NCBI GenBank assembly: GCA_027486675.1
Contig: JAIXOQ010000008.1
Location: forward strand, 7,333-71,332
DNA length: 64,000 bases
DNA from: Pseudomonadota bacterium
GTDB taxonomy: Bacteria; Bdellovibrionota; UBA1018; CAIMNF01
Reading direction: 5' to 3'
In this document: positions 58,942-64,000 of the stretch, piece by piece
How positions within the stretch are numbered: the first letter of the stretch is position 1
Layout of the letters: the number at the start of each line of letters is the position of its first letter
Translations under genes and position numbers: made by a program
Notes under the pieces: generated by a model
The model's input: only the letters and a program-made list of their open reading frames with translations
What the model was told of the DNA's origin: nothing
Database searches by the model: none

Positions 58942-60432
58942 TTGCACTGAGTGCATCACTACGGGTTGGCCAGGTCCAAAATTCTTTAGAGATTCAAGTA
59001 GAGTAGCGACAATCATTTCAAACGAGGGTGGCACAAAACCACGCTCTTCCAACAAGTAAGCCGTGTAGCGCGCTGCACGATCGATCAGTTTTCCGTTGCT
59101 TGGACGAACATGAGTCATGACATTCCCTTTCACCCGCCCAATGCGGGACATGATGAGCAAAGATGCCTGATTAAGGTAAAGCTTCATCGCCACTTCCATA
59201 AAAAGGGGATGTCCAAAAGGGAGGGGTAACAGCCCTAAATGTTCCCCGTCCCATGCAATTGAAAGTTCATGTCTATCGGTTTTTTCAATGGTCAGTATGT
59301 GTTGTTTCTTAGGAGCAGTTCTGAGTATGCGCTGACCTTGGGACTCACGACTAAAATCAAAACCAGCAATAGCCTTACCATCCAACCGCCCGCCTAAACT
59401 TTCCCAAGCAAGTCCACGAGGTTGACGACCTAAAATCATTTTCCATGCCTGCGCAGCATCTGCCGCTGCCGGGATTGTGAGGTAACAAAGACTCGTCGGG
59501 CCCGGCTCATGACTCGTCTCAAAGGCGGTCAAACTAAAAGTAGGGGAACGTTCTGTAGTATCGGTCAGCACCGTGATGGGGAAAGAATCAGATGCATAGA
59601 GAACAGTGTCTTCTGATTCATACGCCACGGCTTCTCGTTCAATCCAACGCAGCAGCGCGGAGGACTCCCGTAAGAGATAGTGCCAATGGATGAAGCCCTC
59701 TAAATCATCCAATGTCAGATCAAAAAGCGCGCACCCAACCGCGAGCATCTGCACCGTAGCGGCTTGAAGTCTTGTCGATCCACTGAGCGCCATCGGTCCG
59801 ACAAAAAGCTCCAAAGAATTCACGCGGGGGTTATTTAAGATCTCTTCACTCCGGACTACAGTGCGCGTCAGCACTTCGCGAGGGTTGCAGTAACAGAACC
59901 AGCAGTTTTTCTTACCGTGTTTCAGTGCGGCCCAGGCGGAGCCGATTACAAACGGGGTTTCGCCCCCTTCGGTGATCGCAATCAGCAGGTCATCTTCAGT
60001 AAAACCGAGATCGAGCAGTTGCCTTTCACCGAATTCCGGAAAGTCCTCAAAGTTTTCTACTGACTTCACGAGAGCGTAGTCACCCCCAGCCATGAAAGCG
60101 CGTACCTGGTCCGATCCTGGAAAACGTTTTAACCAAAGTTGCTCAAGAACAAGTGCAAGTCGCCCAGTTGCGCCGCAGCCGGAAAGAAAAATTCGGTACC
60201 CTTGATTGAGGACATCTTTGATCTCTGACCTCAGTTTATGAATTTCAGGCCAGGATTTTCTAAGTACCCCAAGTGCCTCACTGTCCACGTCACGAAGGAT
60301 ATGGATCGCATGGCCTAGGTTTGTTTTTGCCAACTGAGAAAGAACGCGCGTCCTAGGGTGAAACCCTTCTGTCGGAAGGTGTCCAAGATCAAATGCTTTC
60401 GCTTGTGAGAGAAATTCCGCCGAGTCCATCAC
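58915..60432 (-). CDS. MurQ/glucokinase-regulator-like SIS-domain protein
   Basis: L.TE..HP, SGCGATGRL, MAGGD, E..ED, GP..LSGSTRL, G.V.GN.M..V...N.KL.DRA. Confidence 0.8.
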   Translation of the reverse strand: MMDSAEFLSQAKAFDLGHLPTEGFHPRTRVLSQLAKTNLGHAIHILRDVDSEALGVLRKSWPEIHKLRSEIKDVLNQGYRIFLSGCGATGRLALVLEQLWLKRFPGSDQVRAFMAGGDYALVKSVENFEDFPEFGERQLLDLGFTEDDLLIAITEGGETPFVIGSAWAALKHGKKNCWFCYCNPREVLTRTVVRSEEILNNPRVNSLELFVGPMALSGSTRLQAATVQMLAVGCALFDLTLDDLEGFIHWHYLLRESSALLRWIEREAVAYESEDTVLYASDSFPITVLTDTTERSPTFSLTAFETSHEPGPTSLCYLTIPAAADAAQAWKMILGRQPRGLAWESLGGRLDGKAIAGFDFSRESQGQRILRTAPKKQHILTIEKTDRHELSIAWDGEHLGLLPLPFGHPLFMEVAMKLYLNQASLLIMSRIGRVKGNVMTHVRPSNGKLIDRAARYTAYLLEERGFVPPSFEMIVATLLESLKNFGPGQPVVMHSVQLLEAKLNP

Positions 60433-60468
60433 CTGATCCGATAGGCTAACACGAAGAGGTGAGTTGTC

Positions 60469-61743
60469 ATGTCTGCCAAACGTCTTGGAATACTTGTGTT
60501 TGTTTTAGCATTTGGACTCAATTTGGTTGGGTTCTTCTTCTTTGGTCGTTTAAAAGCCTTCGAGGACACTCGCTCGATCTGGCTTCCTGAGTTGCCAAAG
60601 ACCGCTGCACCTTGGGATGCCCATGCTTCATGGATGAGCGGACCCGCACAAGGATTAGTGGGTACATTAGCCAAACCAGATTGCGGAGGATATTTGGCTG
60701 AAACTTGGGACTGGGATCCATTGCATTATACGCTTCGGGTGCGCTTGCGTGAGGGACTGACCTATTCTACGGGCGAAGCCATACTTCCCTCTGATTTCCT
60801 AGCCACCCGCGATTTCCTCCGCGCAGAGCTTCTTAAGATTGGTTTCGCGCCCTCACAGTTTCCCGAGGCCTTTCGTGCTTGGGAGCAGGCCAAAGTGGAA
60901 GTGAATGCTCGCGATCTGAAAATAGAGTTTCGAGGAAATGTAGATCCTGTGGCTGTGCTTTCATCCGTATGGACCGGTGTGCTGCATGAAAAGAACCGCG
61001 TGCCGGGCCTCGTTGTTCCGGAACCTTCTAAGTGGATCAGCTCAGGTCCGTACATCATACGAAAATGGAAACCCAAGGAAGTGATCCTAGCTTCCCGCAA
61101 AGATTTTCCAGGTTCGCTGCACGCCAATCAATTTCGCACCGTCCGCATGAGTGCGGCTTCCGTGAGGAATCCTTCCGCTGATCTTGTGACCACGGGACCC
61201 GACGAAGCTGAGATGACCTCAGAGCACCAGAAACTAATCGGTAACTTTGGTTTTGTGCATGCGATTGCGATTTGCCGCTCTCACGCGGTTGCTACACGGG
61301 TTTGTCAGGATCCAAAAATGGCCCGCGCCCTTAAGGATGCACTGCTAGGGATTTCTCCCATTCCTCCGGGCTTACTGCATGGAAAGACCATTGCATACCG
61401 CATCGCACCAGGGGCTGAGGATTTTCGAACCTCTTTTCCAAAAGAAATTCAGCGCGTGACGTTAGCAGGTGGTGGGACAGCCAAGGAGTTATCCTCGATC
61501 TTTGATCCGGTAGAATCGGCTGATCTGGAGCTTTCTTTTGTAGTCACGGCAGACGATGACGTCCTCGAGGCCTCCCGTATTGCTGCTTTAGGGATGCGGT
61601 TCAATCAAGCGGTCCTTCCCGAAGGTTCAGTGCTCACTTTAGAGGACCGGTTGACTCGCGTGATCCCGGTCGCTGTTTACCGCCAGTCCTATCAGATGAA
61701 ACGTAAATCTGGATTACCCTTCACCGACGTTTTTCTCAGGTAG
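60469..61743 (+). CDS. Family-5 ABC substrate-binding-like protein (divergent, TM-anchored)
   Basis: LAE.W....YT...LR.G...S.G..I...D and SSGPY....W motifs. Confidence 0.65.
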   Translation: MSAKRLGILVFVLAFGLNLVGFFFFGRLKAFEDTRSIWLPELPKTAAPWDAHASWMSGPAQGLVGTLAKPDCGGYLAETWDWDPLHYTLRVRLREGLTYSTGEAILPSDFLATRDFLRAELLKIGFAPSQFPEAFRAWEQAKVEVNARDLKIEFRGNVDPVAVLSSVWTGVLHEKNRVPGLVVPEPSKWISSGPYIIRKWKPKEVILASRKDFPGSLHANQFRTVRMSAASVRNPSADLVTTGPDEAEMTSEHQKLIGNFGFVHAIAICRSHAVATRVCQDPKMARALKDALLGISPIPPGLLHGKTIAYRIAPGAEDFRTSFPKEIQRVTLAGGGTAKELSSIFDPVESADLELSFVVTADDDVLEASRIAALGMRFNQAVLPEGSVLTLEDRLTRVIPVAVYRQSYQMKRKSGLPFTDVFLR

Positions 61744-62232
61744 TACTGGTTCTACTTGATCGCAGATACAGTTTGGGGCTTTACCCTTGAAGAGGTCGGG
61801 ATCCTTTGAAAAATAATGGGCGTGGTACAAGCTGCAATAGGAAAAAGCTTGGCCCTTCTGGCAGTGTTTTGGGCAGTGCACCACTTTAGCTCCAACCTCT
61901 ATGGCTTTTGTCGAGGGTATGCTGAAGGCGCAGGTGCTTGGAACTTGCAGTCGACCCTTACAGACCGGATTTATGTCCCGACAAAAGTTTTCGCACTTTT
62001 GTTTCGCGAGTTCGACGATTCCTTTGTAAAAACCCATTGTTTTTAAATAGACGTCATTGGCACTTCCACATTCGTAGGCACTACCCTGAATCTTTGCCTC
62101 GTGGCCGCCACAAGGATTAGACGTCGCAGCCCGTGGTGGGTGTATCTCCTCTACGATGAGAGCGGTCGGAGCATTCTCACAAAGAATGTCATCGGCACGG
62201 GCAAGGAGTGAAAAGAGAAGTAACGTCATCAT
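61714..62232 (-). CDS. Small secreted Cys-rich protein
   Basis: Short signal peptide (ARA-D), 12 Cys in about 160 aa. Confidence 0.7.
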   Translation of the reverse strand: MMTLLLFSLLARADDILCENAPTALIVEEIHPPRAATSNPCGGHEAKIQGSAYECGSANDVYLKTMGFYKGIVELAKQKCENFCRDINPVCKGRLQVPSTCAFSIPSTKAIEVGAKVVHCPKHCQKGQAFSYCSLYHAHYFSKDPDLFKGKAPNCICDQVEPVLPEKNVGEG

Positions 62233-62293
62233 CCTTTCCCTATCTTTTCACGTCTTCTGACACAATAGAAAGAGTGAGAGGGGGCTTTGACGG

Positions 62294-63406
62294 ATGAAAA
62301 AGAAAGTCGCGGTCATTTTTGGTGGGCGGTCAGGTGAGCACGAGGTGAGCATTGTCTCGGCCCTCTCCGTCGTAAAAAATATCGACCGCAGTCAATTTGA
62401 TGTCGCGTTGATCGGTGTCACCAAAGAGGGACGTTTCGTGTCTGTCGATGAGGCCGAATTCCTCACGCATCAAACGAATCCTCGTTTGCTTAAATTGGAG
62501 CAAGCAGTTCGAAATATTTCGCTCAACCCTGGAACAGATTTCCCCGCTCAGATCAAAGGTAGTGCTATAGATTCACTTCAGGTCGACGTCGTTTTTCCAC
62601 TCATCCACGGAACCAATGGGGAAGACGGGACTCTGCAAGGTTTATTAGAGCTCTCCGGCCTGCCGTATGTGGGCTCAGGCGTGCTTGGATCAGCGATGGG
62701 GATGGATAAAGATGTCGCCAAAAGAATCTTGCGTGATGCCGGGATTTCAGTGGTTCCCTTCACGACTGTCAGGACCGCGGCTTGGGAAAAAAGCCCGCTC
62801 GAAGTCATGACAGAGATCTTGGACCGCTTCCCTTTCCCATTTTTTGTGAAACCCGCTTGTGCCGGGTCTTCGGTGGGAGTGAGTAAAGTGAAATCGAAAG
62901 CAGACCTAAGCTCTGCGCTTAAGAATGCATTCCTTTACGACAACAAGGTGCTCATCGAGGAAGGAATTTCAGCGCGTGAGCTTGAAGTGGCGGTCCTGGG
63001 GAACGAAGCGCCACGAGCAAGTCTGGTCGGCGAGATTCTGCCAAGCCATGAGTTCTATTCATACGAAGCAAAATACATCGATGAAAATGGGGCGCAGGCA
63101 TTTATCCCTGCCCATGACCTTTCGTTGGCCGAGGTAGAAATGATTCGTAAGTTGGCAATGGACACATTCCTCGCCCTTGAGCTTTCTGGGTTAGCAAGGG
63201 TCGACTTTTTTATGGATAAAAACACCAGAGCGATCTACCTCAATGAAGTCAATACTTTGCCTGGTTTTACGCCGATTAGCATGTATCCAAAGTTGTGGGC
63301 CGCGTCTGGAATTTCCTATTCCCATCTGATCAGCGAGTTGATTCAGCTTGCTGAGGAGCGTGCCGCTCAGCGTAGGAAACTCAAGTTAACCTACGACGTC
63401 GGGTAG
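62294..63406 (+). CDS. ddl: D-alanine--D-alanine ligase
   Basis: FGGRS.EHEVS, HG..GEDG, GSSVG, FY.YEAKY, NEVNT.PG.T..S.YP. Confidence 0.97.
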   Translation: MKKKVAVIFGGRSGEHEVSIVSALSVVKNIDRSQFDVALIGVTKEGRFVSVDEAEFLTHQTNPRLLKLEQAVRNISLNPGTDFPAQIKGSAIDSLQVDVVFPLIHGTNGEDGTLQGLLELSGLPYVGSGVLGSAMGMDKDVAKRILRDAGISVVPFTTVRTAAWEKSPLEVMTEILDRFPFPFFVKPACAGSSVGVSKVKSKADLSSALKNAFLYDNKVLIEEGISARELEVAVLGNEAPRASLVGEILPSHEFYSYEAKYIDENGAQAFIPAHDLSLAEVEMIRKLAMDTFLALELSGLARVDFFMDKNTRAIYLNEVNTLPGFTPISMYPKLWAASGISYSHLISELIQLAEERAAQRRKLKLTYDVG

Positions 63407-64000
63407 AGGTGGATCGACCACAAGTCGATCACAATGCCAGCGAGGTAGATCATCAAACTCAAGTTCACGGCCATAAAGAATCTGAGCCAGTTTTTTGAAT
63501 CACCCGCTTTCAAGAATTGAAGCAACTCCCAGAGAATCCAGGCCCCAACACAGAGCGCAGTGCCGAGTGAGATTGCGCCGACTGGAAAGAAGAGTCCGCT
63601 CATCATTCCTAACCCGATGTAAGCGAGGCTCCACAAAGTGATGTGGGCCTTAGTCACAGGCACACCATGAATTGCTGGCAGAATGGGGAATCCGCCTTTT
63701 GCATAGTCGTCCGCATATTTGATCGAGAGGACCCAGAAATGGGGCATTTGCCAAAAAAACAAGAGAGCAAACAAGTAGAGGCCCTGAGGTGCGAAGATAT
63801 CTGGGTTAGCGGACAAATAACCCATCCAGATGGGAAGAGCCCCCGGAATTGCGCCTGGGACAGCCCCAAAAGCCATGCGAGGCTTCCACCAAAGTGTGTA
63901 AAGCCCATTGTAGAAAATGACGGCACAAAGTCCGACGCACATCACGGGAAAATTGATGAAGGACAGGATGATCGATCCGGTAACTATCCAGAGAAGACTT
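63391..64000 (-). CDS. cyoE: Protoheme IX farnesyltransferase (5' end outside the window)
   Basis: YT.W.K, GAIPGA.P, FFWQMPHFW, DY...G.P. The frame stays open to 64000. Confidence 0.93.
   Translation of the reverse strand, partial: SLLWIVTGSIILSFINFPVMCVGLCAVIFYNGLYTLWWKPRMAFGAVPGAIPGALPIWMGYLSANPDIFAPQGLYLFALLFFWQMPHFWVLSIKYADDYAKGGFPILPAIHGVPVTKAHITLWSLAYIGLGMMSGLFFPVGAISLGTALCVGAWILWELLQFLKAGDSKNWLRFFMAVNLSLMIYLAGIVIDLWSIHLYPTS

Noticed and set aside
1-64000. CRISPR array, rRNA, transposase, reverse transcriptase
   Set aside because: No regularly spaced direct repeats or diagnostic motifs were seen by eye.

Overview
A gene-dense bacterial chromosomal window. Gene content and style (CPAF-like and CtpA-like S41 proteases, many secreted hypotheticals, CheX/CheY, a MurQ/GCKR-like protein, long LptC) suggest a Bdellovibrionota/Oligoflexia-type organism; this is an inference. 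Housekeeping blocks are lptC/A-lptB-rpoN, rpsU-yqeY-dnaG-rpoD-(CPAF)-tRNA(CAU), tolQRAB-thiolase-aat, ftsEX-envC-ctpA-xseA, icd, ddl and cyoE. No CRISPR array, rRNA, transposase or integrase was seen. The main lead is a three-gene operon at 34452-39705. It encodes a MotB/ZorB-like protein with a long periplasmic coiled coil and OmpA domain, a MotA/ZorA-like channel subunit, and a 904-aa FHA/coiled-coil membrane protein, behind a sigma28-like promoter. This looks like an ion-driven motor that is neither flagellar, Tol/Exb nor canonical Zorya. Other leads are a compact cobalamin riboswitch before an unknown secreted protein, an orphan structured non-coding element at about 384-530, a matrixin-SlyB in-frame fusion, two GT-C glycosyltransferases (one PIG-B/ALG9-like), a QueC/MurL-like PP-loop protein next to the tRNA, and recurring odd signal-peptide features. 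All calls come from reading motifs by eye; no searches were run.
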